From the NCBI GenBank assembly GCA_964460805.1, contig CAYWPU010000001.1:38624-102623 (forward strand): DNA of 64,000 nucleotides, in the 5' to 3' direction. The notes beneath the pieces are model-generated. The model was not told where the DNA came from. It did not search any database and saw only the letters and a list, made by a program, of their open reading frames with translations. The stretch comes from an uncultured Candidatus Saccharibacteria bacterium (lineage in GTDB: Bacteria > Patescibacteriota > Minisyncoccia > Phycocordibacterales > JACOZG01). Shown in pieces: positions 35,932 to 45,207 of this stretch; positions within the stretch are counted from its first letter, which is position 1; every line of letters begins with the position of its first letter. A program made the position numbers and the translations under genes.

Positions 35932-36251
35932 TTTACTAGAGGCAACTTAATACCCAGCTTGTCTTCTGATTTTACCATACCGATGATAACGATTACACCC
36001 ACAGTGACTGACGGTAAGACGCTGAGTATAGGAATGATTTCTACAAGAGCGCTCACGCCGGCTGTGGCCAGGCGCTTGATGGTAAAGGGACTCACTCCCA
36101 ATAGCAGTAACCAAATACCAATCACAATCCATCCCATTGCCCCCGCGCCGGGTATCAACAGACTTAAGAGATCAAAAAACAGAGCCACCACGGGCATGAA
36201 GATGATAGTGGCTAGGCCGATACGGTTTCTCTTTGGTTGTTCTTCACTCAT
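35928..36251 (-). CDS. small polytopic membrane protein of T4SS-like operon
   Basis: 107 aa, 2-3 TM. Overlaps both neighbours by 4-8 nt, suggesting translational coupling. Confidence 0.45.
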   Translation of the reverse strand: MSEEQPKRNRIGLATIIFMPVVALFFDLLSLLIPGAGAMGWIVIGIWLLLLGVSPFTIKRLATAGVSALVEIIPILSVLPSVTVGVIVIIGMVKSEDKLGIKLPLVK

Positions 36252-38073
36252 CTAGAGTTTCTTTGTCGCGCTTGGCTTGCTTGATCGCTAAGATTTGCGA
36301 GGGATCAGAGGTGATGATCTGATCTTCGGTATAAGAGGCGATAATCTTAATAGCCACGTGTTTGAGGCCGGCAAAGAAGATACCCTCGCCCACCCCAGAC
36401 TCTAGCAGGAGATATTTCTCGCCATCGGTGAGCTGGAAGGTTTGCTGGATCAGGTCAATGGCGGCAGGCGACTGCTTTAATAATAACTGGATAGAAGAGT
36501 TAGTGATAATTGGTGTGCCGTATTCTGACTTTAAGAAGTCGCCCACGTCTTGGGTGATAGTAGCCACGCCGAGATAATACTTTCTCCCGCGCTTCACAAG
36601 AGAGAACAAGAACGAGGCTGTATCTTTGCTCTTCATCATCCACCAGGCCTCGTCTATTACCAGCAGGCGCTTCTTCAAGTTGCGCCGGATGGCGTTCCAG
36701 ATATTGTGCATCACGATGTACATCGCCACGGGTTTGAGCTCGTCTTCCATATCGCGGACCGAGAAGACCACAAACTTTTTATTGATATCTACGTTAGTTG
36801 GCTTATTGATAAAACCAGCCCAAGTGCCGCGGGTGTACTTGAGCAATCTCTGTGCTAGCGCTTCCCCGCCGTCCATCCCTACCAGCACTAGTTCTAGATC
36901 AGAGAGGAGTGGCGCCGGTTTATTGGTGAAGTCAGAATCAGCTGTAATATCTTTAAGCGCATAGGTCTCAGTGATTGCGTTGTCCATGATCGCGTCTTCC
37001 TCCGGCGTTAAGCCGCCAAGCATCAGTCTAAACAAGCCAACGAGATTGATGATATTAGAGCGCAAGACGTCAGCCGGTGATTCATCTTCTCTCGGGAATG
37101 GCAGATCAAACGGATTAATGTGGTGCTCGGAGGTGAGTGAGATATTGAAGTAGCGTCCGCCTACGGCCTCTGACAAGAACTCATATTCTCGTTCCGGGTC
37201 TATAACTAAAACATCCGTATCAAACATCAAACTGCGCAGGATTTCTAATTTAGTCGCGTAACTCTTACCAGAACCAGATTTGGCAAAAGTGACAGAGTTA
37301 TAGTTCTCTAAGCTAAAGCGATCAAACAAGATCAGCGAAGAATTATGCCTATTTATTCCATACAAAATTCCCTTATTAGAAGTGAGGTCAAACGAGACGA
37401 ACGGGAAGAGTGAGGAAAGTGGCGAGGAGTTGAGTTTATAATTGATGCCGAGTTGGTCGTCGGCTGTGGGGATCACGCTGCGGAAGCCCTCAGCCTGCTG
37501 GAAGAGGGCTGGCTTGAGATAAACCAACTTAGCGTCCAAGATGCCCTTCACTTCTGTTTCGGTTTTGTTTAACTCATCTTCCGTGTCGCCATAGATGGTG
37601 ATATAGACGCCGACATCAAAGATCTTCTCTCGCGCTTGTTGCAGGCTGTCTCGGAGTGTTTCAATATCAGAATAAGCAGTGTCTAGCACTGGATCGCGGA
37701 CTAAGCCGCGGCTCTCTTTAATACTGATCTGACTCTGCACCTCTGCCACCTTTTTCTCCAATTGCCGGAGGGCGATGGAGGTGTCTATGGGGTGGATGAG
37801 GATAGAAATGTCAAAGACTTTGTCTAGGTTGATGAGCGGCGAGAACCAGTCACCTGATAAGAATCTGGGATAAGAGATTACGTAGAAAGTGCGCGCGACT
37901 TTATCGCCCAGGTTGAGCAGTCTGGGTGTGACGCGGAGTGCCGATGGCGCGAGGATATCGCGCAGGCTCAGGACGCCCATCTGGTAGATATCTTGCGGGA
38001 AGACAGGCGCAACCACTGGTGCTGTTTCTCCCCTTTTCTTCTCTCCCTCTTTAGTTTTACCTAAGCCGAACAT
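36244..38073 (-). CDS. VirB4/TrsE/TraE-family type IV secretion ATPase
   Basis: Walker A FAKSGSGKSYATK and Walker B LLVIDEAWWMM (the VIDEAW motif typical of VirB4/TraC) followed by ATITQD. N-terminal region resembles VirB4 N-domain. 609 aa, compact like Gram-positive VirB4 homologues. Confidence 0.8.
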   Translation of the reverse strand: MFGLGKTKEGEKKRGETAPVVAPVFPQDIYQMGVLSLRDILAPSALRVTPRLLNLGDKVARTFYVISYPRFLSGDWFSPLINLDKVFDISILIHPIDTSIALRQLEKKVAEVQSQISIKESRGLVRDPVLDTAYSDIETLRDSLQQAREKIFDVGVYITIYGDTEDELNKTETEVKGILDAKLVYLKPALFQQAEGFRSVIPTADDQLGINYKLNSSPLSSLFPFVSFDLTSNKGILYGINRHNSSLILFDRFSLENYNSVTFAKSGSGKSYATKLEILRSLMFDTDVLVIDPEREYEFLSEAVGGRYFNISLTSEHHINPFDLPFPREDESPADVLRSNIINLVGLFRLMLGGLTPEEDAIMDNAITETYALKDITADSDFTNKPAPLLSDLELVLVGMDGGEALAQRLLKYTRGTWAGFINKPTNVDINKKFVVFSVRDMEDELKPVAMYIVMHNIWNAIRRNLKKRLLVIDEAWWMMKSKDTASFLFSLVKRGRKYYLGVATITQDVGDFLKSEYGTPIITNSSIQLLLKQSPAAIDLIQQTFQLTDGEKYLLLESGVGEGIFFAGLKHVAIKIIASYTEDQIITSDPSQILAIKQAKRDKETLDE

Positions 38074-38088
38074 GTTTTTAATTTATTT

Positions 38089-38739
38089 CTAATTTAAACT
38101 CGGAATATCGTTCTCGCCCGGGTTAAAAATTTTAAAGTATAACTCCACCAATTCTTCAGTCCCCAACTGTGCCACGCGCAAGCCGATGCGAGAGAAGCCT
38201 TGCTCCACCACTGCCGCGCGCTGCTCTAGCTGAGTGCGGTGTTCTTCAAATTCAGCAGATAGATCGCGTTTGGCGCTCTGGCTACCCAGGCCGGGCAGTT
38301 TAGAGAGCAGTCCGCCCTTGCCCTGTCCGAGTTGGACGGGAGGGCTATACGGGATCACAGCAAAGAAGCTCTTGGCCATGATATCAGTTGATTCTGTGAA
38401 CTTCCTGATGAAGTCAATATATTCTCTGGTCTGAATTTTAAGCAAATCATTAGTTTGGGCGACTAGGCGCTCTTCCAGAGTGTTGAGATACGGCCTGATG
38501 TCTAGTCTCCGTGACTGCACAAAGAGCTGGATGTGGAAGTCTAGCGAGTTTAGGAAGTTCTGGAACTGGAGCAAAATCGCCGTCTGCTCGTCTTCGCCCT
38601 TGAGCGCAAAGTTGACGGACGAGATCATTAGCACCATCCGCAGGGCGCCGTTCTTGAGCACCGCCACACCATCGCGGATCTCCTTGATGGGGAGGAAGTC
38701 TTGCGAGGCTTGGCCATTTGTCTGTGTCGCTGTCGCCAT
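38089..38739 (-). CDS. hypothetical T4SS-associated cytoplasmic protein
   Basis: 216 aa, no TM. Sits between the PrgI/VirB3-like gene and the VirB4-like gene. LPIKEIRDGVAVLKNGALRMVLMISSVNFALKGEDEQ is reminiscent of conjugation-ATPase N-terminal regions, unverified. Confidence 0.45.
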   Translation of the reverse strand: MATATQTNGQASQDFLPIKEIRDGVAVLKNGALRMVLMISSVNFALKGEDEQTAILLQFQNFLNSLDFHIQLFVQSRRLDIRPYLNTLEERLVAQTNDLLKIQTREYIDFIRKFTESTDIMAKSFFAVIPYSPPVQLGQGKGGLLSKLPGLGSQSAKRDLSAEFEEHRTQLEQRAAVVEQGFSRIGLRVAQLGTEELVELYFKIFNPGENDIPSLN

Positions 38740-38758
38740 CCGCTTAATTGTAACAGAC

Positions 38759-39196
38759 TTATTTGATTTTTTCTCGGATATCCAAGCTCCAAGAGAGATC
38801 TTTTAGTTTGCTCTTCGAGAGTTTGGGCACTGTCAGCGCGCGTGGTTGATCAGCTGGTCTTGTTGCTGTTTGTCCACTATTTGTGCCAGTCCCTGTGCCA
38901 TTTGGATTTGCACCAGAGCGCTTCCAGATATAGAGCTTGTGGGTGGTGGCGTAACGGAAGGCCGCTTCTAGTATCAGGATAAACGAGCGGTTATTCACTT
39001 TATAGAACGCTAGCGCCAGGGCGAGTCCGAGTACGGGGATAATCAAGAGGACAGCCAGCCAGCGGTAAGGCAGGTAGACCCAGAACATGAAGCACGCTCC
39101 CGCCCCACCCACCACGTAGATAAACTGCTTAAAGGTGAGCGGACCAAATATTTTGTCTTCTATTTCAATAAATTGCGGGACTTGGAAGTTGAGCAT
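38759..39196 (-). CDS. PrgI/TcpE/VirB3-like small membrane protein
   Basis: QVPQFIEIEDKIFGPLTFKQFIYVVGGAGACFMFWVYLP followed by a second TM. Matches the PrgI-family pattern (PKDL...DKI.GPLT.RQ..YL) and the VirB3-before-VirB4 order. Confidence 0.55.
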   Translation of the reverse strand: MLNFQVPQFIEIEDKIFGPLTFKQFIYVVGGAGACFMFWVYLPYRWLAVLLIIPVLGLALALAFYKVNNRSFILILEAAFRYATTHKLYIWKRSGANPNGTGTGTNSGQTATRPADQPRALTVPKLSKSKLKDLSWSLDIREKIK

Positions 39197-39201
39197 AATT
39201 T

Positions 39202-39741
39202 TTATTCCAGCCTTTCCCGATAAGGATCCACGTGTGCTGGACGCTCCAGCTCGGCTGGCGTATCCGGCGTACCCATGATCCCCTCTTCTACCGGCTTAAG
39301 GTTCACCGGTTCTGATAATTTCCGTTCCATCACGTTTAGACTTGGCTCTGATGTTTTACCTGTCACAGTAGTAGGACTGTTCATTTCCCTCAGCAAGTCC
39401 TCCGGCGCGGGCGTATTCTGCCGTTCCTCCAGTTGCTTGAGCGATTCCCTGATCTTCATAAAGATTTCTTTGTTCACTTCCATCGCAATCTGCTCCGCCT
39501 CTGCCGCGCTAATACCCAACCGCTCTTGGATATTGGCGGTGAATTTAATAGATGGTTCTAGTCCAAGGATCACATAATCAATCTCGTCTACCAGGCCACC
39601 AACCTGGTCAATATGTAATTGATGAGCGCTACCAATACGCCTGATTACGGCGATAGTTTCGTCCGCGTACATAATTTTCCGGAGCAACTCTGGCGCCTCA
39701 TCGTATTTTTTATCTAGTATTTCTTGAGTGTAATTAGACAT
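39202..39741 (-). CDS. hypothetical soluble protein of T4SS-like operon
   Basis: 179 aa, acidic, no TM, no motif recognised. Confidence 0.4.
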   Translation of the reverse strand: MSNYTQEILDKKYDEAPELLRKIMYADETIAVIRRIGSAHQLHIDQVGGLVDEIDYVILGLEPSIKFTANIQERLGISAAEAEQIAMEVNKEIFMKIRESLKQLEERQNTPAPEDLLREMNSPTTVTGKTSEPSLNVMERKLSEPVNLKPVEEGIMGTPDTPAELERPAHVDPYRERLE

Positions 39742-39743
39742 AA

Positions 39744-42176
39744 TTAATTTCTTCCTTCGTGGTAGTTAATGTTGGCGTTTATGTTTTGAGGGTTAGTGTT
39801 GTTGCTTCTTGGTGATGGCCATTCGTAGCTTCTGTTTGACCCCGTTCCTGAGGGTGTCACGCTGGCCACTGTTGTGGTTTGAGTTGTTGTCGCTCCTACC
39901 GGACTTGCGGTAGCCGCTCCCGCCGCACGTCTCCTGATCTCTTGTAATCGATTGCGCTTGTTTATTTCCCCGGAATTCCGGAGTTGTTCCAGTCTTCCGG
40001 TTCCTAAGTTGCTTGCGATCGTCTGCAGGATGTTTTTGTAATCAGCGTCCTTGTCGTCCAGGTCGTTTACTAGTTTGGCAATTAGGGCCGTTGGTGTTTG
40101 CGCTAATGTTGTGCCCACAGCAGCGCTCTCTCCTCCAAGATTCGAGCGCAGTGTGTCTTCCAACTGACTCATCTTTTGTTCTCTCTGCGCTCTGATCGCT
40201 TCTTTCGTGGCATCGTCTATGTCGTTATCTTTTTCAATCGCCTTGACCTGATTTTCTGAGAAGAGGTGTGCCAGAGTCTTCAGTGTCGTGGCGTCTAACT
40301 TAACCACGTTTTTATCCTTCATCTTCTTGATGGCTTTCTCGGCCTCTGTTTCTTCCTGAGATCCCGGAGTCAGTTTATTGCCGTTGATCTGATTGGCGAT
40401 CTTCTGAGCGGTAGCTTTGGTCTTTTGTTTTTCGTTGTCTTCTTTTTCTTCCTGTGTTTTCTTTTTATCTTTCACCTCGCCCAGTATTTCTACACCAGTA
40501 ATACTAGATACGGCCTTATTAAACGCCTCGTCTGGCTTCTTAAAGGTATCAGCGATTTTCCCTTTAATATTGCCGCCGCTGGATGTAATAACAGATGCTG
40601 CCTTTGTAGCTCCGGCGGCGGCACCCACAAATGGGCTGGTTGCTACCTTCCGTAATCCAACGCCCACATCTCGCACACCCCTCCAGCCACCGCTTTGTAC
40701 CCCCTTGTACACCTCTTTAAATCCTCCGTACGCCGACTTAGCGGTTCCCCCCACTAAACCACCAGTAGCACCCCCAATGGTTTTGAGTGCGAATCGATTA
40801 ATGCCTCCTGCCGCCTTCGTCGCCATCGCCGCTCCCGCTACGCCCAGTTCTTTAGCCACCATCAGCGAGCCAAGCATGAGGCCGTTGGCGATGAGGTAAG
40901 CGAGTAATAGGTTGAAAAACTTATCATTACCCGTATTGATATTACTATTCACCACCTGGGTCACCTTAATGCTCATAAAGATGAAGAGCATGAAGGCGGG
41001 TGCAAATATTAGTTGATTTGAGAGTGCATCTTTCCATTTATTGCTGATCTTGTCTAATGCTTTTGCTCCCACCGCAAAGGCGAGGAAAGCTACGGGAGAG
41101 GCCGCGAGCACAAAGACGAGTATCAATGCTCTGATAAGGAAGAGGATTGCTCCGGCCATGAAGACGGTAGTAGCAATAATAATCAAGATGATCTGCCCCA
41201 CCAGAGAGGCGGCCTGGCTCTTGAGGCGGTTGATATTGGCGTCTGCAGAAGTGAGTGGCATGCGGTCCCTCAGTTGAGCGGCTATCCCCTTGTTCACTGC
41301 GCTATCACTATTTGTGGGGTCTATGGGGCCGGACATCAGCGCTTTCACAATATCTGGACGACCTCCTTCGCCTGCCGCTTGGCCACTTTGTGTTTGACCC
41401 GCTTTGATATACAAACCATTTGCCACCACGTTGCTGGCGTCTATCATTATGCTAGTGAAGAAGAAGCTGAAGTTGACCAGGAGAGCGGCGATTATGACGT
41501 TCTTAAGCAGGTTTTTGCCCTTGACCCCATTAAGCTGGAGTATGGTGCCGATGGCAATGTAGAGCAAAGTGAAGATGAAGGTGAGATTCACCAAGTCGCG
41601 GAAGACTCGCCACGCCTCTCGTAAGCCAACACCCACCTTGTCTCTAAAGTTGCGGACCGAGAAGTCAATACTCAGATCCAGCAGGTAATTAGCCGCTTCC
41701 AAGAGCCATTTCACCACCCAGTGGAAGGCCGTGAGTACACCCACAGCGAACTTCCAGCCGTAACACTCAATATCTAAATATCCGCAAGAGACTGGGCCTT
41801 TCTGGTTCTCCAGTATTTGTCTGTACTCATTATCCGATAGTACACCCTGGTCACCGTGGTTGAGAGTTTGGTTTCCGGTGTCTTGGACTGGCGTACCGCC
41901 GGGTCTGGCAGCTAGCGCCCGATTAATTAGGTTGATGTCTGCTTGGATACTGTTTTGTGTGTCTCCACCGGAGTAGTTGCCACTGTCTCGGTATGCTTGG
42001 AGTTGCCTAACGGCACTCTGTAAGTCTTCTGTGCTAATGCTCCAGCCAGATCCTACAGGATTATTCAGTGCTTCAATCCTGTTCTCATACTGCACGCCGT
42101 TAATTGTAATCGCCCACGCTTGTCCGGCGCTGAGGAGCAGGAGGAGTATTACTAAGATGTGAGCCAGGCGCTTCAT
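39744..42176 (-). CDS. VirB6/TrbL-like polytopic membrane protein with N-terminal secreted domain and long C-terminal hydrophilic extension
   Basis: Signal peptide MKRLAHILVILLLLLSAGQAWA. At least 6 TM helices in the central ~350 aa (e.g. LVGQIILIIIATTVFMAGAILFLIRALILVFVLAASPVAFLAF). C-terminal ~330 aa is lysine/glutamate-rich with coiled-coil character. 810 aa. Confidence 0.55.
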   Translation of the reverse strand: MKRLAHILVILLLLLSAGQAWAITINGVQYENRIEALNNPVGSGWSISTEDLQSAVRQLQAYRDSGNYSGGDTQNSIQADINLINRALAARPGGTPVQDTGNQTLNHGDQGVLSDNEYRQILENQKGPVSCGYLDIECYGWKFAVGVLTAFHWVVKWLLEAANYLLDLSIDFSVRNFRDKVGVGLREAWRVFRDLVNLTFIFTLLYIAIGTILQLNGVKGKNLLKNVIIAALLVNFSFFFTSIMIDASNVVANGLYIKAGQTQSGQAAGEGGRPDIVKALMSGPIDPTNSDSAVNKGIAAQLRDRMPLTSADANINRLKSQAASLVGQIILIIIATTVFMAGAILFLIRALILVFVLAASPVAFLAFAVGAKALDKISNKWKDALSNQLIFAPAFMLFIFMSIKVTQVVNSNINTGNDKFFNLLLAYLIANGLMLGSLMVAKELGVAGAAMATKAAGGINRFALKTIGGATGGLVGGTAKSAYGGFKEVYKGVQSGGWRGVRDVGVGLRKVATSPFVGAAAGATKAASVITSSGGNIKGKIADTFKKPDEAFNKAVSSITGVEILGEVKDKKKTQEEKEDNEKQKTKATAQKIANQINGNKLTPGSQEETEAEKAIKKMKDKNVVKLDATTLKTLAHLFSENQVKAIEKDNDIDDATKEAIRAQREQKMSQLEDTLRSNLGGESAAVGTTLAQTPTALIAKLVNDLDDKDADYKNILQTIASNLGTGRLEQLRNSGEINKRNRLQEIRRRAAGAATASPVGATTTQTTTVASVTPSGTGSNRSYEWPSPRSNNTNPQNINANINYHEGRN

Positions 42177-42201
42177 TTAGTAAATATAGTGATATTTTAC
42201 T

Positions 42202-45200
42202 CTAGTTCTGGTTGAGGACAGCGTTGATAATGGCCACGATGATGGCTTGCAGGAGCTCGTTAAACTGACCGGTCTGTAGGGCGCTGGCACCAGGTGTATT
42301 GCTGAGTGCGTTGCGCACCGTGTCTTGGAAGCGCAAACTCCCGCCGTTGCTAAAGTCGGAACGGTAGAAGCCGCCGCTATTGAAGCCGCTGGTTAGCTGA
42401 TTCTCAAACTGGTTGATAGACATGCTGGCTTGGTTAAACAAGTTGCCTACCCCAGTTTCCAGTCCATCAGCCAGACCATTTTCAAAAATTCCTCCAATTG
42501 TCAGGGGCGCATTATTATAGCCATAGAGACTATTGCCGCTGAGCCAGTTATTGCCGTACTGGAAGAGCTGTTCCAGGTACTGATCCTCGCCATAGCCATC
42601 GGTGCTGAGGGCGGCATTAATCGCCAAGGTGCTATAGGCTGTGTCTTTAGCCCTCGCCAGGTCGCCTGGTTCCGTTACCACCCACCAGCCATCACAGATC
42701 TGGTGGCCTTGATAAGTAACTAGTCGTCCTTTACACTCACGTTTGGAGTTGCGGCCGTAGACAGCAAATTCTTTTTCCTCCTGTGCTTGGCGGGCGGCGC
42801 TGGCTCTAGTGGCAGAGTCCCAGATTAATATCTGTGCCTCCAGTGGCAGATCATCGATATAGTTGCCACTATCGCCTCCAGTACCAACGGTGCCATTCGC
42901 AGCCCTGACCAGCTCTTGTTGTATCCTGGTTGTGTTAACGCCGGTAACATTTTGCAAGTGATAGGCCGTGAGCAGGTATCCTTCTCGAGCGGCATCTGCT
43001 AAGTTTTGTTGCAGGTTAGTAGTTACTCCCTGTTCCTCCCCCGTACGGCTGGTGGCTCCAGTTTGGCGGCTGGCGATGCCGTATTCTGCCGCTTTATTGG
43101 TCAGTGTTTGCAGACTATTGCCACGAGCGGTGGGGTTGAGGTGCATCAGCACTCGCTGTGTTGCCCGCGCGGCCCGGGCGTTTTTCTTATTCTGCATGCA
43201 GTCGCGGAAGATTCGGTCTAACTCTATTTGTTGCTGTTTCAGCGCTTCTGTATTCTGTTTATTGTTTGTGGTGCCAAGGCCCTGCAGTTTGGCGTAGCCC
43301 TTTGAGGCTATCTTGGCTTGCGCTTTGCCCGTGTTGGCCACAGTACCGGCAATGCTTGTCCTCGCTGGTATATCCTCCACCCACCAAGCCTCTAGATCTG
43401 ACCCCGGGACCACTCCCAATAGGTGACTGAGAGTGAGCTCTACTACTTGCTCCGCTACCGGGGACAAGAGACCTCCCACATAAGGGATGCCATCTACAAT
43501 GCTGCCAATTCCGCCAGAAATACCACTGACCAGGGCGCCTTGCAAGTCGCCGGCAATCTGGTTGCCTAGATTGCCCAGTCCAGCACCCAGAGTCCCTGTC
43601 TTGCCGGCGGCATTATTGGCGATATTATCGGCTCCGGCACTCACCGATCCAGCAGCATCGGCACCGATGCTATCTGCTGGAGCGATCGGGCCTGGGTACT
43701 CACCCACTGCAATATCGCCCGAACTCACAAATGCATCGTAGCTAGGCAGTGCTGGTGGTCCGGCTACGCCAGGGGCTAGGTCACTGACCTGTCCAGAATT
43801 TAAACCACTCAATGTGCCGCTACTCAGTGGCACGTCGTAGCCGTGACTATTTAACGCAGCCATATAGTTGGCACCGGCCGGACTCAGGTCGGCCGCCAGT
43901 CTAATCGTTTCAATACTCGGCATGCCGCCGCCGTAGCCGATGGTTGCTAGGTTTGTGATCGCCCTGTCGTAGCCAGAGAAGCCCACGCCGGATACCAGCG
44001 CCGTGGCAATGGGTTGGGATAGTTCGTTGGCTAGGGGTTTAAAGTCAAAACCGGCCGCAGCTAGGATGTCATTCCCAGCCCAGTCGTTAAAATTGAAGCC
44101 GCTTCCTCCAGTGCCAGTATTGCTGGCAATTTGATTAAAGTTTAGTCCGTTTAATTGACCCAGGACTCCTCCATTGCCTCCTGGAGCGCCACCCATCACC
44201 ATCTGCATGATCACCGGCAGCATCTGGTCTACCAAGCGATCTATGCCACCGCTCTTACTCACGCCGCGCGCGGCCTCGTTGGCGATGCCATTACCTACTT
44301 GCGAGACCAGCCCAGTTAGGAGTAGCTCCAACTGTTGTTGGAGCAGTTGCATTGACTGCTGGATCTGTTGGGTCATTGTCTGGGCTAAGCTTTGTCCAAC
44401 TTGTTGGAAGGTTGTTGGTTCTCCAGAGAGGGCTCCCTCTAGATGTTGTTGTAGCACCTGCTGGACGACCGGGATAATATTAGCCGGATTAAACTGCTCC
44501 ATTAATTGACTGCCGGGCCCAAAGCTGGCCAGGAGATGCTGTTGGAACATCGCGTCGTTCTGGAGTATGGGAGAGTGCCACTCCGTCTCTGGCAGGCGGT
44601 TGCCGTTCTCGTCCGTTGTCGTCCAGAGCAGCTTCTGGATTTCCAAGTCCATATTATTACGGAGGTTGCCTTGGAGGCCGTTTCTTAGTCCACCGGGCAG
44701 GTCTTGGCGGATGATCTGAGGTAGGATCTGGGCGATTACCTGCCGGAAGTCGTCTGCGCTAGGCTGTCCGCCGGTGCGCCCACTAGAGCGCATGTGCCGA
44801 TCCAGCGCCGAGGGCAACTGGTTCCTGAGGCCGCGCTCTATCACCTGTGGCAACACTTGGCCGATCTGCCGCTGGACCAGGCCCTCCAGGTTGCGGCTGA
44901 CCACTCGGTTGATAGCTTCAGAGAGATTCCGCTGTATCCCACGGCTTATCACATTCTGCAGGCTGGAGGCCAATCCGGCGCCAGCCACTTGTTCTTTACA
45001 CTCGCGCGTGTCTTGGTCAATCTCCTGCCACTCTCGCTGGAGGGCGTCAGCTGTCTGTGCGCTAAAGGCATCAACTCCAAGAGAAGTCTCGTTGGCAAAA
45101 GGTTCTTGAGTCGTATCTATCACTTGCGCCAGCACGAGGTGAGGCAAGAGCAAGCTCAAGGTGAGCAGGCTGGCGGTGATTTTTTTATAATATTCTTGCT

Positions 45201-45207
45201 GTCTCAT
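42202..45207 (-). CDS. giant secreted low-complexity protein (1001 aa; Gly/Gln/Asn/Leu-rich)
   Basis: Signal peptide MRQQEYYKKITASLLTLSLLLPHLVLAQ. Internal degenerate repeats of the form LRNxLP / LPQ[VI]I[ER] (RNLEGLVQRQIGQVLPQVIERGLRNQLP; VIAQILPQIIRQDLPGGLRNGLQGNLRN). Long G/N/S/A-rich tracts, almost no Cys. Overlaps its upstream neighbour by 4 nt. Confidence 0.6.
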   Translation of the reverse strand: MRQQEYYKKITASLLTLSLLLPHLVLAQVIDTTQEPFANETSLGVDAFSAQTADALQREWQEIDQDTRECKEQVAGAGLASSLQNVISRGIQRNLSEAINRVVSRNLEGLVQRQIGQVLPQVIERGLRNQLPSALDRHMRSSGRTGGQPSADDFRQVIAQILPQIIRQDLPGGLRNGLQGNLRNNMDLEIQKLLWTTTDENGNRLPETEWHSPILQNDAMFQQHLLASFGPGSQLMEQFNPANIIPVVQQVLQQHLEGALSGEPTTFQQVGQSLAQTMTQQIQQSMQLLQQQLELLLTGLVSQVGNGIANEAARGVSKSGGIDRLVDQMLPVIMQMVMGGAPGGNGGVLGQLNGLNFNQIASNTGTGGSGFNFNDWAGNDILAAAGFDFKPLANELSQPIATALVSGVGFSGYDRAITNLATIGYGGGMPSIETIRLAADLSPAGANYMAALNSHGYDVPLSSGTLSGLNSGQVSDLAPGVAGPPALPSYDAFVSSGDIAVGEYPGPIAPADSIGADAAGSVSAGADNIANNAAGKTGTLGAGLGNLGNQIAGDLQGALVSGISGGIGSIVDGIPYVGGLLSPVAEQVVELTLSHLLGVVPGSDLEAWWVEDIPARTSIAGTVANTGKAQAKIASKGYAKLQGLGTTNNKQNTEALKQQQIELDRIFRDCMQNKKNARAARATQRVLMHLNPTARGNSLQTLTNKAAEYGIASRQTGATSRTGEEQGVTTNLQQNLADAAREGYLLTAYHLQNVTGVNTTRIQQELVRAANGTVGTGGDSGNYIDDLPLEAQILIWDSATRASAARQAQEEKEFAVYGRNSKRECKGRLVTYQGHQICDGWWVVTEPGDLARAKDTAYSTLAINAALSTDGYGEDQYLEQLFQYGNNWLSGNSLYGYNNAPLTIGGIFENGLADGLETGVGNLFNQASMSINQFENQLTSGFNSGGFYRSDFSNGGSLRFQDTVRNALSNTPGASALQTGQFNELLQAIIVAIINAVLNQN

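Noticed and set aside
38071-38091. Fusion of the 216-aa ORF with the VirB4-like ORF by readthrough
   Set aside because: Although both are in the same frame, two stops (TAG and TAA) separated by one codon lie between them. Treated as separate genes; the shared frame is plausibly coincidental.
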